Source: Vicugna vicugna (Eukaryota). Taken from it: 64,000 nt of DNA. Position 1 is the first letter of the stretch; every line of letters starts with the position of its first letter. Location of the stretch: assembly GCA_013265495.1 (NCBI GenBank), contig MU057847.1, forward strand, positions 139,875 to 203,874, read 5' to 3'. The translations under genes were made by a program, and so were the position numbers. Positions 43,621 through 56,446 of the stretch are shown piece by piece. Below the pieces are notes generated by a model, which was not told the DNA's origin, ran no database searches, and saw nothing but the letters and a program-made list of their open reading frames with translations.

Positions 43621-44579
43621 AATTCCTGGGATCACAATTATGAAATTTTTGACATGTTTTGTTAGACACTGCAAGTACTACCAGGAAAATCTCAGGCAGG
43701 TCTTGAGACTTAAAGCTCTGCTAAAGTAAATAAAAATGCTAATTGACTGACTATGTCTCTCAAATCTCTTAAAGAAATCCCATAGCTCTGCCACTTGGTA
43801 CCCAAAGATGAGCTCATTAAGAAGCTGCCAATGAAAAACTATGGCTATGAAATGACAAAGGTTATTGTCACTAACCATTTCAGAGCTGAGCCACTAGGGG
43901 CTAGTTCACACATAAGGGACAGTAGTGTCAATATAGGATATGATGCTAAAATAGTGCCTCTGTCCATACAACGAAAGATGATCTTTCATATGGAGTCCAA
44001 GCTACCTCCAAGTCCCTTACCCCTCACTCCAATCTTACGATAAACAGCTACATGGCTTAACACCATCAGAGTCAAATCTCTGTGACAGTCAATATGAAGT
44101 GAACACAGAGAAGCTAAATCAAAGACATTCAAGGAATTCAGATAAACCATTGTCAAAATACTTGATAATAAATGTCCACTGGTAGAAAGGCATGAGGGGG
44201 TATGTGGGCCTTTATATAGTGATTTCTACAGTTTCTCTTTGTAATATTTTATTGTCAATTATTGTAGCCAGAAATGATAAGTATTTTATTCACGAATTAG
44301 CACACTGATTCACTGCTTCCAGTTCATCAGAAAGCTTCTCTACCTCTTATGATCAGAAACAAGAAGCCTGGCAATAGTTTTATGGATTTGTTAGGAAAAA
44401 CCAGTCCAATGCACTCTGCCCTTCATAAAACTCAGACATGAAGAGAGTCCCAGAAACACAATGTAAAAACAACAACAATTCAGCGTTTACTTGTTAAATA
44501 AATAGCAACAATCTAGCAATATTAATAACATCTGTTGATCCATGAAATTATAGGACATACACTACAAGTCCCAGCCATT

Positions 44580-45060
44580 CAATTATTCACCAGGCATGTA
44601 TTGAGTTCCCACCTGTTTACACCTGAGGTTGTGCTAGAGAGGCCTCACTCACAGATGCCTAAGACTCATGGCTTGCCTAAGTTCATGGTCTAGGGGGGAA
44701 GACAAACACATGGACAAAGATGACACAAGTGTCAAGTGCTAAAACAGGGGTGAACACAAAGTGCTATGGGAGTATGGGAGAGGGAATGATTAACTGGGGT
44801 GAGGGCAAGGAAGGGAGTAGTTTGGTGCCTGGGAAGATGCTCAAGGGGAGGATTTCACCTGGATCCTGAAGGATCACTAGAAGTTTATCTAGCAATGAAG
44901 GATGAAGGGAAAAGGTAAAGAGGAAGGAAGAGGATCACTGCAGGGAAAGGAAACAGCCTGCATAGTGGAAGAGTTGTGTGTGTATGTGTGCCTCTCCAGG
45001 GAAACAAATGGCTCCAGCATGAGCAGTGGGACAGATGAGGCTAGAAAGCAGATTGAGGCC
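44580..45060 (-). mobile_element. L2 fragment
   Basis: ttcaccaggcatgtattgagttcccac tail; aagtgctatgggag core. Confidence 0.65.
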
Positions 45061-45465
45061 ATAATTATTACTACTAATAATTAACTATTACTACTAAAAT
45101 TATTATTAAGAAGCTCTTCTGTCTCTTACATAAGCACATATTCCTCTTTGTGCCACCAATCTCCTCCCCTCTTGCCTAGCACAGTGCCCTCTCATCCTCT
45201 TCACCTCCTACCCCAAATGATCAACTTTATTAATTAAATAATGCATTTACACATCTGCCAAATGTATTGGGTAACTTTCAATGGATCAATGCCAGGCACC
45301 ATTGAAACTGTCATTTGTATCTGTTCTTGTTTGACATATGAAACTCAAAGATGGCAGAACTGTCCATGGTCCCCATCCTGCTGTCTCCTCCACCATCTTT
45401 CCTGGGCCCTTCTTAGAGGGGTTGGCTAAGACCTCTGGGGGCTAGGCCCTCCCAGTTGCACACAG

Positions 45466-47000
45466 TGTGATATTCTGATATATTTGCTAAGATTCTGTTT
45501 ATACTCAGTCATACCCAGTTTTCTTCTCCACTTATCAGCGGGGCTGAAACACAACATGATGACTGCTGTTAATTATGAAGTCTCTGGTAAAGAAGTGTGA
45601 ACCTGGAGCCTCTTCTTTGTGAAGGGAGGCAGGACTGGGCACTGAGTTTCCCATGGAGAAAGCCTGTTGTCATGGAGCAGCTGTTGCCAATGAAAAACTA
45701 TGGCTAAGAAATGGTGGGAGTGAAGAGGACCCCAGAGGAGATGGTGCTTTTACAGCAGCAGCAAGCTATCTCCCTAGGAGGTTGGAGTTGGGTCCAAGTC
45801 CCTGGGAGGGAGGACTAATTGGCACCAGGAAACAAAGAAGAAAGGAAAAAGCTGAGTGGATGTGCCTTCAGGGAATACATATGCAAAACTGAGGGAGAGT
45901 CTCCTCCCAGCTCTGACACTGGGGCTCTCTTCACAGCAAGTATCTAGCCCAGAAGTCCATGGGTCAATTTCCAGGGCCTTAGTCATCTGCCTGAGTCTGC
46001 CCAGGGGTACAAACCCATTCAGGATGTCCCATTCCCTATCTCTCTGGTGTTCAGTGGTTGCCTGCCCTCCATCTCCAGCCATCCACCCATGACTTCTTAT
46101 CTTCTCTAGGCCAGGAAGTTGGCTCTATCCAGGATTTCAGATTTCCTTAGGGAAAGGTGCTCTCTTTCCCACCGTCAGTCAGCAGAAATGGCCACATCCT
46201 TTCCCTTTGCAGATCGCCCATCAGGGTCAGGCTGGGGCAGGGGGAAGGACCCAAGGCCACCACAGCCGGAAGAGGTTTCTGCTTCACATCAGACATGGCA
46301 GGGCACACTCCCTGAAGACCAGCCCAGAGCTCTTCTTTACAGCCTGGCCCCAAACTCACTGCCTCCAGCAAGCCTTCTCTTCCGTATCTGCTCCCCAACC
46401 CCCACCCCCACAGGCTCTCCTGATTGTGCTGATGTGTGTGGACCTTGTCTGACTCTCCTAGGAAGGCACAGGCCCTTTAGAGGGACGGTCCAGACCTTCT
46501 TCAAGTTTGTGACACCCATGGTGTCTTTGCACAGGTGGGTGTTTGCTGACAGAATCACAAGGGCTCTGGAATCACTCACTGTCAATGGTGTTTCTCTTCT
46601 ACCTGCCCAGGGCCCACTGTCCACAAAGGGCCTTCCCATCCCTCTTCCTGTCTCCCTTTAGCTCCTACTCCCATGAGTGCTCCTGTGGATCATGGTGCTG
46701 TGATATCAGGGACAATGAGGGACTTCGCTCCCAGGTGACCCTGCCACACATCCCCCCCCCACACACACACACAGGGAGTGATTTGTCCTGTTGCTGGCCT
46801 CCTAGACCACATCGCAAGGGGTTTTCTGCACAGGCCTGTGACCTGGAGCCCAGCCCCTGGGAGTGGAATGGAGTGTCAGCACTCCATCCTTCCTGTTGAT
46901 TGGGAGCTGCAGTCCTGCCAGGCCCTGGTCCTAGTCCTAGCTGAGTTGGTACCATCAGAGGTCCTTTTCACTTACAGCTACCTAGCTTGTGGGGTTTACA
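45466..47000. mobile_element. Possible ancient long LTR
   Basis: Starts TGTGATATTCTG and ends GGGGTTTACA; no matching TSD; family not identified. Confidence 0.3.
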
Positions 47001-47120
47001 TCTTTTCCTCCAGCCCTGGTTGTCCTCCCTAAGCTGAAGCTCATTCATCATTCTTGGTGACTTTAACATCCACTTGGATGACCCACCCCACACCCTAGAC
47101 TCTCACTTCAATGACTTCTT

Positions 47121-47657
47121 ATTTTTGTGTGTGTGGTGAAGGAAAGTACAGCATTTATTGCAAAGTACCAAGCAAGGAGCTAGGGGTGGCTAATGCTCAA
47201 AAGACCTGAACTTCCTGATGGCTTTCAGGGAAGGGGTTTTAAAGGCAAGGTGAGAGAGAGGGTCATGAGGAATGTGATTAGTTCCTACGAAGTTCTCTGA
47301 TGGGTGGTGAGGGAGCCAGCTGAGGCTACCTGGGTTAATATTATCAATCTTCAGGCTCCAGTGAGACTGTGTGCTCAGAGCCACCTCTTTCTGTCTGGAT
47401 AGGGTCTGGCTTCTGAAAAACAACTCAGAAAAGCATCAGCTCCTTTTTGTTCTCTGAAGTGCCTTCTTCTTTTGTAATTCTACAATTCTGCTGATCTTGG
47501 AGACTCTCCCAGAGAAGCAGGAGGCAACTGCAGCTCACCCTGAGAACATAGACTCTGGTGACAGCCATTCCCAGGAGCTTCCTCCACCATGTGGACACAG
47601 GTGCCAGCAAGCACCATTGTGGAATACCTCCCTCTAGCTCATCAGCATCAAGACCCC
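47121..47657 (-). mobile_element. TSD-flanked retrocopy: unidentified 5' part fused to an ERV-LTR-like 3' part
   Basis: Perfect TSD atgacttctt 47111-47120/47658-47667; AATAAA (-) 47159-47154; decayed A tail 47121-47134. Confidence 0.7.
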
Positions 47658-47907
47658 ATGACTTCTTTGTCCGTGTTTTTTTTTTGTACAACCTTACTTC
47701 AGATATTCACCCCTTTGATTTGATCCTACATCAGCTTTTTCATCACCAGAAACTGCAGCATTTTGAACATTTCTACTCTAGTGCTACAGCTCTTCAATCT
47801 CATCAGATTACTTCTCCAGTTCATTGACCCACCACTTTCTTTCTCTTCATCTGCCCACTGTTTTCTCCATTTGCCTCCTTACCCAGTGTAGAGTCCATCC
47901 ATTGACT

Positions 47908-48108
47908 TTTTTCATCATATTATTTTTTTATTTTTTAAATTCTTATTTATTTTTTATTGAAGTATAGTTTGTTGACAATGTGTTAATTTCTGGTGCACAG
48001 CATAGTGATTCAGTTATACATATATATGTATATATTCCTTTCCATATTCTTTTTCATTGTAGGCTATTACAAGATACTGAATATAGTTCTCTTTGCTATA
48101 CAGTAGGA
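47908..48108 (-). mobile_element. 5'-truncated L1 3' end
   Basis: ttattgaagtatagttt... L1 tail; TSD 47897-47907/48109-48119. Confidence 0.8.
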
Positions 48109-48135
48109 ATCTATTGACTATTGTTATAATCACTC

Positions 48136-48637
48136 TGTGATAGGAAGAATGAAAGGCCCTCAAAAAGATGTTCACATCCTAATCCCTAAAACCCTGTGAA
48201 TATATTAGTTTATATGGCAAAGGGAAATTAAGTTTAAGATGGAATTAGGGTTGCTGATCAGCTGACCTTAGGATAAGGAGATTATCCTGGTTTATTCAGA
48301 GGAAACTACTGCAATCACAAGAGTGACTAAAAGTGGATAAGGGAATTAGAAGAGAAAACTGGAGAGATGGCAACATGCGAAAGATTCAGCCCAATGTTGC
48401 TTGCTTTGAAGATGGAGGAAGGGGGGCTATAAGCAAAGGAATGCAGAAAGCCTCTAGAAGCTAGAAAAGGCAAGGACAGTTTCTCCCCTAGAGTCTCCTG
48501 AAGGAATGCAGACCTGCTGACACCTTGATTTTAGCCGTGTAAGATTCACTTTGGACTTCTCATCTCCAGAAACTTGTATTGTTTTAAGCCTCTAAATTTG
48601 TGGTAATCTGTTACAGCAGCAATACGAAATCAATACA
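48136..48637 (+). mobile_element. MaLR solo LTR (MLT1D-like)
   Basis: TG...CA ends; perfect 5-bp TSD cactc 48131-48135/48638-48642; typical MLT1 3' end ttgtggtaatctgttacagcagcaa. Confidence 0.9.
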
Positions 48638-49467
48638 CACTCCCTGTTAAAGTCACTCCACTTCCTTTCTCCTCTTAACTGCCTATCATATCCACTAGGC
48701 AAAATCCCAACCCTACTTAAACCACATGGTTCTTTGTCCATATTGAAGCTGCTGAAAATTGTCTGACTAGGTTCACCACCAATTTGTGATCATGAGCACA
48801 CTCAAGACTGCCTGGCAAGTTCACACTTCCTCTCCACCTCAAATTTTTGACAACTTCACCATTAAACACCCAAGCTGTTTCTTGGCTTCTTCATTTCCAA
48901 TGGCTTGTCATCTACTCTATCTTAGCCACTCATTCCCAGCGGCTAAGGGTCCCAGACCTTTCTTAATGAAAATCAACATCACTTCCAAAAATCTCAATTT
49001 CAAACATCCCACACTCTTATTTTTCCAGTTTGGTCCTCTTGTTCTTATTACGATCCCCAAAGACCACCATGGGATCACAACCATGGATCCACTTTTCTAA
49101 TTCTCCTCTTTCTTGATCCTTCAGTCACAGCTGTCCATGCTCTTCTTGGAACAGTTTCTTTCAGGACTTCTGTGACACCATAGATTCCTGGTTTTTTTTT
49201 TCCCACTTTGGTCACTGTCTACCTGATTCCCTCAAACTGGAGTTTCTCTAGGTCCTGTTATTGGACTTACCTCTCTGCATTGTCTTTCCCTAAGTGATGT
49301 GATCCTTTTTCATGGCCTCAAAAATAACACAAACAATGATAACTTCCAATTTGATATATCTGATCCAAACCTCTCTTCTGAGCTATAATATCATAACAAA
49401 CTCTACTTGACATCTCCACTTGACTATCTTACATATATCTCTAACCTGAAATGGCTAAAATGGAATT

Positions 49468-50032
49468 TTAAAAAATAGAGGTGTAATTGAAACACAACAC
49501 TATATTAATTTCAGGTGTATAACATAATGATTTGTATATATTGTGAAATGATCACCACAAGTCTACTCAACATTTGTCATCATACATAGTTACAGAATTT
49601 TTTTTCTTGTGAGGAGAATTTTAAAGATCTACTATCTTAGCAACTTTTAAATATGCAATACAGTATTATTAACTATAATCACCATGCTGTACATTACATC
49701 CCCAGGACTTTTTGTTTTATAACTGGAAGTTTGCACCTTTTGATCTGTTTCACTCTGGCAATCACCAATCTGTTCTCTGTAGCTATAGACCTCTTTTTTT
49801 TAAAAAAAATTTAGATTCCACATGTAAGTGAGATCATATGGTATTTGTCTTTCTCTGTCTGACTTATTTCACTTTTAGCATAATGCCCTCAAGGTCCATC
49901 CATGTTGTTGCAAATGGCAAGATTTCATCCTTTTATGGTTGAATAATATTCCATTGAATATATATACCACATCTTTATCCATTCACCCACTGATGGATAT
50001 TTAGATAACTTCCATATCTTGGCTATTGTAAC
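49468..50032 (-). mobile_element. 5'-truncated L1 3'UTR
   Basis: TSD aaaatggaatt 49457-49467/50033-50043; L1 3'UTR sequence. Confidence 0.85.
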
Positions 50033-50917
50033 AAAATGGAATTCTTGGTTTACTCCTCCTCTCAGCTTATTCTTCCTCCTGCCTTCTCCATCCTAGGAAA
50101 CAGCACTTCCACCCATCCAGCTGCTCTGGTCAAAACCCTGGTAGCCTTTAACTCCTCTACACAACTTAGCTCCAAAATATCTTAAATCCAGCCATTTCTC
50201 ACCCCTTCAATCACTACCATCCTAATCCAAATCATCATCATCTCTGATTTGACTATTCAATAGTCTCTTAATCCCTGGAACTCTATGAATACGTTAGGTT
50301 ACATGACAAAGGGGAATTAAAGTTGCAGATGGAATTAGGGCTGCTAATACTGGCAGGGTCCTGTCCTCTCCAGTTGCACAGCAACCAGATTGATTGTCTT
50401 AAACCATAACTCAGATTCTTTCAGTACTTCTGCTAAAAACCTTCACAGCCTTCTCATGGATTAAATAAGATACAAACTCCTTATCCTACCCTATAAACCC
50501 TGTGTGATCTGGCCTCTGCCTGCCACTGGTCTCATAGTTTCTAGAACACATGAAGTTCTTCCCTGAACATGCAATTCCATCTGCTTGAAGTCAGCCAGGG
50601 GAAAAGCTGAAGCTGGGTCCTTAACCCTTACTCCCATCTAAGACTGTGCAGACTGTTTTCCACACAAAGGTATCTGGCTGAAGGGTAGGGTGAGCTGAAA
50701 TCTAGCTTACAGTCTGCTGTCCCAGCAGTATGCCGTGGTGTGGGACTGTAATTTCCTGGAGAAAGAGCTTTATCTCTTGACTTCAAAGTGCCAGTGAGCA
50801 CTTAGCACAAGTCAACAGGGCTATATGTGTTCAGAGGGGAGTTAATTTTCCTTTCAGAACAAAGGCACTCTGTAGGCTCTCAGAAGCCCTGCTTCAACTC
50901 TTTCTAGAGCTCAATTC

Positions 50918-52950
50918 TTTTTTTTAATTGAAGTATATTTGATTTACAATATTGTATTAGTTTCAGGGGCACAACAAAGTAATTCAATATTTTTATAGAT
51001 TATACACCATTTAAAGTTATTACAAAATATTGGCTATGTTCCTTGTGCTGTAAAATACATCCTTGTAGCTTATTTATTTTATGCATAGTAGTTTGTACCT
51101 CTTAATCTCTTACCCCTATCTTGCCTCTCCCCCTTTGTCTCTCCCCACTGGTAACCACTAGTCTGTTTCTTATATCTGTGAATCTGTTACTATTTTGTTA
51201 TATACACTTGTTTGTTTTATTTTCAGATTCTACCTGCAAGTGATAACATAGAGTATTTGTCTCTCTGTCCGACTTATTTCACTAAGCATAATACTCTAGG
51301 TCCATACATGTTTTTGCAAAAGGCAGAATTTCATTCTTTTTATAGCTAAGTAATATTATATATATATAAATATTATATATATTTAAATATAATATATATT
51401 TATTATATATTATATATATATAAATACCACATCTTCTTTATCCATTCATCTGCTGATGGACACTTAGGTTGCTTTCACATCTTGGCCACTGTAAACAACG
51501 CTGCTATGAATGCTGGGGTGTATGTATCTTTTCAGATTAGTGTTTTCATTTTCTTCAGATATATACCCAAGAATATATAGAATTTCTGGATCATATGGTA
51601 GTTCTCTTTTTAGTTTTTTGAGAAACCTCCATACTGTTTTACATAGTGGCTGCACCAATTTACATTCCCACCAACAGTGTACAATGGTTCTCTTATTCTT
51701 CACGTTCTCACCAACATCTGTTATTTGTGGTCGTTTTAATGATAACCATTCTGACAGGTGTAAAGTGATATCTCATTGTTGTTTTGATTTGCATTTTTCT
51801 GACGATTGGTGATGTTGAGCATCTTTTCATGTGCATGTTGGCCATCTGTATGCTTTCTTTGGAAAAATGTCCATTCAGGTCTTCTGCCCATTTGTTGTTG
51901 TTGTTTTTGTTTAATTGAAGTATAGTGGATTTACAATATTGTGTTAGTTTCAGGTGTACAGCAAAGTGATTCAGTTATAGATATATTTTTCCAGATTATT
52001 TTCCATTATGGGTTATTACAACATACTTATTACAGTTCCTTGTGCTATACAGTAAATTCTTGTTGCTCATCTATTTTATGTATAGTAGTTTGTATCTGTT
52101 AACCCCATAGTCTTAAATTGTCCCTCCCCTCCTCTCCACCATTCCCCTTTGGAAACTTTTAGTTTGTTTTCTATGTCTTTGAGTCTGTTTCTGTCTTGTC
52201 TATAGATTCAATTGTATTATTTTTTATGTTCAACATATACATCATATATAATATTTATCTTTCTCTGACTTACATCACTTAGTATGACATTCTCTAGGTC
52301 CATCCATATTGCTGCAAAAGTTCTGCACATTTTTAATCAGTTGTTTACTTTTTTGATATTGAGTTGTATGAGCTGTTTATATATTTTGGACATTACCCCT
52401 TATCAATTATATCATTTGCAACTATTTTTTCCCATTCAGTAGGTTGTCTTTTCATTTTGTTTATGGTTTCCTTTGCTGTGCAAAAGCTTTTAAGTTTAAT
52501 TAGGTCCTATCTGTTTACTTTTGCTTTTGTTTCTTTTGCCTTAGGAGACAGATCAAAAAAATATATTGCTATGATTTATGTCAAAGAGTTTTCTCCCTAT
52601 GTTGTCTTCTAGGGGTTTTATGGTTTCAGGTCTTGCAAGTAGGTCTTTAATCCATTTTGAGTTTATTTTTGTATATGGTGTGACAAAATGTTCTAATTTC
52701 ATCCTTGTACATGTAGCTGTCCAGTTTTCCCAGCACCACTTATTGAAGAGACTGTCTTTTCTCCATTGTGTATTCTTGTGGCCTTTGTCATAGATTAATT
52801 GACATTTATTTCTGGGCTCTCTACTCTATTCTATTGATCTATGTGTCTGTTTTGTGCAAGTACCATGCTGTTTTGATTACTATAGCTTTGTAGTATGGAT
52901 TGAAGCTAAAGAGCTTTGTTTTTTATTTCTCAAGATTGTTTTGGCTATTA
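50918..52950 (-). mobile_element. L1 3' portion with a second L1 3' end nested at 51894-52320
   Basis: [26 protein letters not shown]2 C-terminus; nested TSD ttctgcccattt/ttctgcacattt 51882-51893/52321-52332. Confidence 0.9.
51354..51426. repeat. AT-only low-complexity tract
   Basis: About 70 nt of A/T only, (TA)n-like. Confidence 0.9.
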
Positions 52951-53400
52951 GAGGTATAATTGGCTTCTTATTCTTCAAGTCTCAGCTTCAGTGTCATCTC
53001 CTCAAAGAAGTCTTCTCTCATCTCAGTTATTTTCTATCTCAACACCATGTCCATTTTCTTTATAGAAATGATCACCATCTGTAAGTACAGATTTACTTAT
53101 CTGTCTTCCTCACTGTAAGCTCCATGAGAACAGAGACCTTGTTTGTCTTATGCAGTGCTTTATCCTCAGCACCTAATACACAATCCAACACACCCCCACT
53201 TCCCAAGAAATGACAGTTGGTGAGAAAGAGTGAAACTCCTGAGGAGAGAATGCAAAAAGCAGATGGCCTAGGTTAGCAACATGCCCAGGTGCCACCTACC
53301 ATTCTGATTGGCACCAGAAAAAGTCTGTGTTATAGGGAAAGTGCAAGTTTGGCCAGCCATCCTCAAGTACAGCAGCACATCAGAATCCCCTGGGGATTTG

Positions 53401-53444
53401 ATAATAACAACAACAACAACAACAATAACAATAATAATAACAAC
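53401..53444. repeat. (AAC/AAT)n microsatellite
   Basis: ataataacaacaacaacaacaacaataacaataataataacaac. Confidence 0.9.
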
Positions 53445-53844
53445 ATAGCCACATCTCTTTACCTGGTCAGTGTTCTGATTCAGTCTGGGTGGCTCTGGCA
53501 GACACTCTTGGTGCACTACCTCAAGACTGCCACTGGGGAAAACAGTGGGGCTGTGTTGTGGAGTAGAGATGGGCTTTGTTACAGGCAGAGAGAAGACAAA
53601 TTACAAGTTTTTGTGTTTTTGTTTGGTTGGTTTTTTGTTTGTTTGTTTTGGCAACTCTGACCTCAGATCTCATTCCAGGAGGGTTGGGTAGGCTGTGCCA
53701 CCAGGAAAGTTCTAGTCCTGATTTCTTTCCCTTGTCCTTCCAGGTTCACAATAAAGAAAACCTACCTAAACCTTCCCTCACTTCTCCTCACCCAACCCCA
53801 CAAAGCTCTGCCACCATCCTTTCACCTCCAGCCTTCCACTTTCC

Positions 53845-55350
53845 TTTTTTCTCCAGCTTTATTGAGATACAATTGATATAGAACATCGTGTAAATTTAAG
53901 ATGTACAACCTGATGATTTGATACACACGTATATTGTGAAATGATTACTACAGTAAGGATAATGCCTCTATCACGTCACACAGGAAATTTTTTAAAAGAA
54001 CATTTAAGGTTTACTCTCTTAGCAACCTTCAAGTATATAATACAGTATTGTTAACTATATTTAACTGTATATAATACAGTATAGTTAACAATATTGTTAA
54101 CTAATGCTGTACATTAGATCCCAAGAACTTATTTATTTTATAATTAGAAATTTGGACCCTTTGACCAATATCTCCCCAATTCCCCAACTCCAAGTCCCTG
54201 ACAAACACCATTCTACTCTCCGTGTCTATGAGTTTGGCTTTTTTAGATTCTGCATATAAGTGAGATCACATAGCATTTGTCTTTCTCTGTCTGATTTATT
54301 TCACTTAGCATAATACCCTCAAAGTCCATTCATGTTGTCACAAATGGGAGGATTTCATCCTTTTTGTGGCTGAGTAATATTCCTGTGTGTGTGTGTATTA
54401 CATTTTGTTTATCCATTCATCCATTGATGGATACTTAGGTTGTTTTCATGTCTTGGTTATTGTAAGTAGTACTGCAGGGAACTGCAGATATCTCTTGAAG
54501 GGGGTGCAGATATCTCTTCTAGGGGGTGCAGCTGTCTCTTCAAGATAGTGGTTTCACTTTCTTCAGATATATATACCCAAAGGTAAGATTGCTGGATCAT
54601 AAGGTAGTTCTATTTTTAGTTTTTTGAGGAACCTCCATACTGTTTTCCATAGTGGCTGTGCCCACAGATTCCCACAGTCACTTACACAAGGGTTCCCTTT
54701 TCTCCATATTCTTGCCAACACTTGTTGTTTGTTGTCTTTTTGATGATAGCTATTCTAACAGATGTGAGGTGATATCTCCTTGTGCTTTTGATTTTCATTT
54801 CTAATGATTGATGATGAGCATCTTTTCATGTACCTGTTAGCCATTTGGATGTCTTCCCTAGGGAAAAAAAAACGTCTATTCAGCTCCTTTCTCCATTTTT
54901 AAATTGGATTATTTGTTTTTTACTATTGAGTTCTATTAAGTACTATTGTATGAGTTTCTTGTATATTTTGGATATTAACTCCTTATCAAATATATGGTTT
55001 TCAAATATTTTCTCCCATTCTATAGATTGCCTTTTCATTTTTCATTGTTTCTTTTGCTGTGCAGAAGCACAGAAGCACTAAAAAATTTGAAGTAGTCCCA
55101 CTTGTTGATTTTTGCTTTTGTTGCTTGTGCTTTTGGTATCATACGCAAAAAAAAATCATTGCCAAAACCAGTGTGAAGGAGATTTTTCCTTATATTTTCT
55201 TCTAGGAGTTTTACAGTTTCTAGTCTTACATTTAAGTCTTTAATCCATTTCAAGTTGATTTTTGTCAGTGGGGTAAGATAGGGGTCTAATTTCATTCTTT
55301 TGCATGTGAATATCCAGTTTTCTCAACATCTCTTTTTTGAAGAGACCACC
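53845..55350 (-). mobile_element. L1 3' portion
   Basis: MKLDPYLTPLTKINLKWIKDLNVR ORF2 remnant plus 3'UTR. Confidence 0.9.
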
Positions 55351-55674
55351 TCTTATTACTACATACATAGATTGCATGTAGTCTTAGGCCCTAAAAGTGC
55401 CAATAAAGTAAACAGTAAAAGCACCAAGATCAGAGCAGGAAGAAAGTCCTTTGGAGTGAAGTGATCAGAGATGGCTTCATGGAAGAGGTAGGACTTGGGA
55501 TAGGTCCCAGAAATATGCCAGGGGATGAGTAGATGGAGCTAGAGCAAGGTAGTGGGGGCAAGAGAATGTGGGCTTAGAGATGGGCATGCCTGTGGGGTCG
55601 AGGGAGAGGTCAGGCCTATTTGAAATGCACTTAAGGAAGTCCCCTTACACATGACCTTCTGGTAAAATGCCAAA

Positions 55675-56446
55675 TGAAGAAAGAGAAAAGTATCTCCTAA
55701 CATCCGGGAGCTGGTCTGGTACTATTGGCTAGCCTTGGTGTTGCTATGTGCTAGCCTGGCACCAGTAGCAACACCAAACTAGGGCTTGGTGTTCTGTTGA
55801 AACATGGACAATTTCACAGGACATCAATACCAGAAAAGGCAACTCTGTGACTATGATGGACCAAGACAAAAACAAGACCATTCTATAATGTCTGAACCCA
55901 GGCAAAGTATGAACATTGTCCAAATCACAGAAATGACCGAATCACTCTCCTTCCTGGCTAATATGAGTGACCACTGCTCCTCTACCAGTTACCAGTCAGC
56001 CTCACTCTAATCTGTCCCCCTACCCCAGATAGGATTCATTGAGATGATCACAGAACTGCTCTATTTTCTCACAGCACCAAACCTGCTTTCTGACAGCACC
56101 CAGCCTGGAGTGAACCACAGCTTCCTTTGACAACATCCCCCCAAGTCACCCAACCAAAGCTCAAATTCTGTAAGTCTTTTTTAATGCCGTATTTTTTTTG
56201 GAGGGGGTACGTAATTAAGTTTGTTTGTTTGTTTATTTTTAAATGGATGTACTGGAGATTGAACGCAAGACCTCATGCATGGTAAGCATGCACTCTACTA
56301 CTGAGCTATACCCTTTCCACTAATATCCTACTCTTAAGATGCCTCATGGTTCTCCATGGTGTGGTTTCTCTCTCACCACAGCAAGGGACAAGCTCAGCTT
56401 GACCACATGTGTGTTCCTGGGTGACCCTGGCTAGAGGGCCTTGATA
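55675..56446 (+). mobile_element. Old eutherian solo LTR (MER67-like, tentative) interrupted by a SINE
   Basis: tgaagaaagagaaaagtatctcc start; ctggctagagggccttgata end; ggaccaagacaaaaacaagacc internal motif. Confidence 0.6.
56191..56320 (-). mobile_element. tRNA-derived SINE (Vic-1-like)
   Basis: gtactggagattgaacgcaagacctc...ctctactactgagctataccc with (TTTG)n tail. Confidence 0.85.

Larger units (their letters stand above)
47040..53190 (+). mobile_element. Long L2 relic fragmented by nested insertions
   Basis: Endonuclease-like ILGDFNIHLDDP at the start; pyrimidine-rich L2 body between inserts; L2 tail ctgtaagctccatgagaacagagacc near 53115. Confidence 0.75.

Noticed and set aside
53289..53660. 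Poly-Asn ORF
   Set aside because: Arises from an (AAC/AAT)n microsatellite; no splice or homology support.
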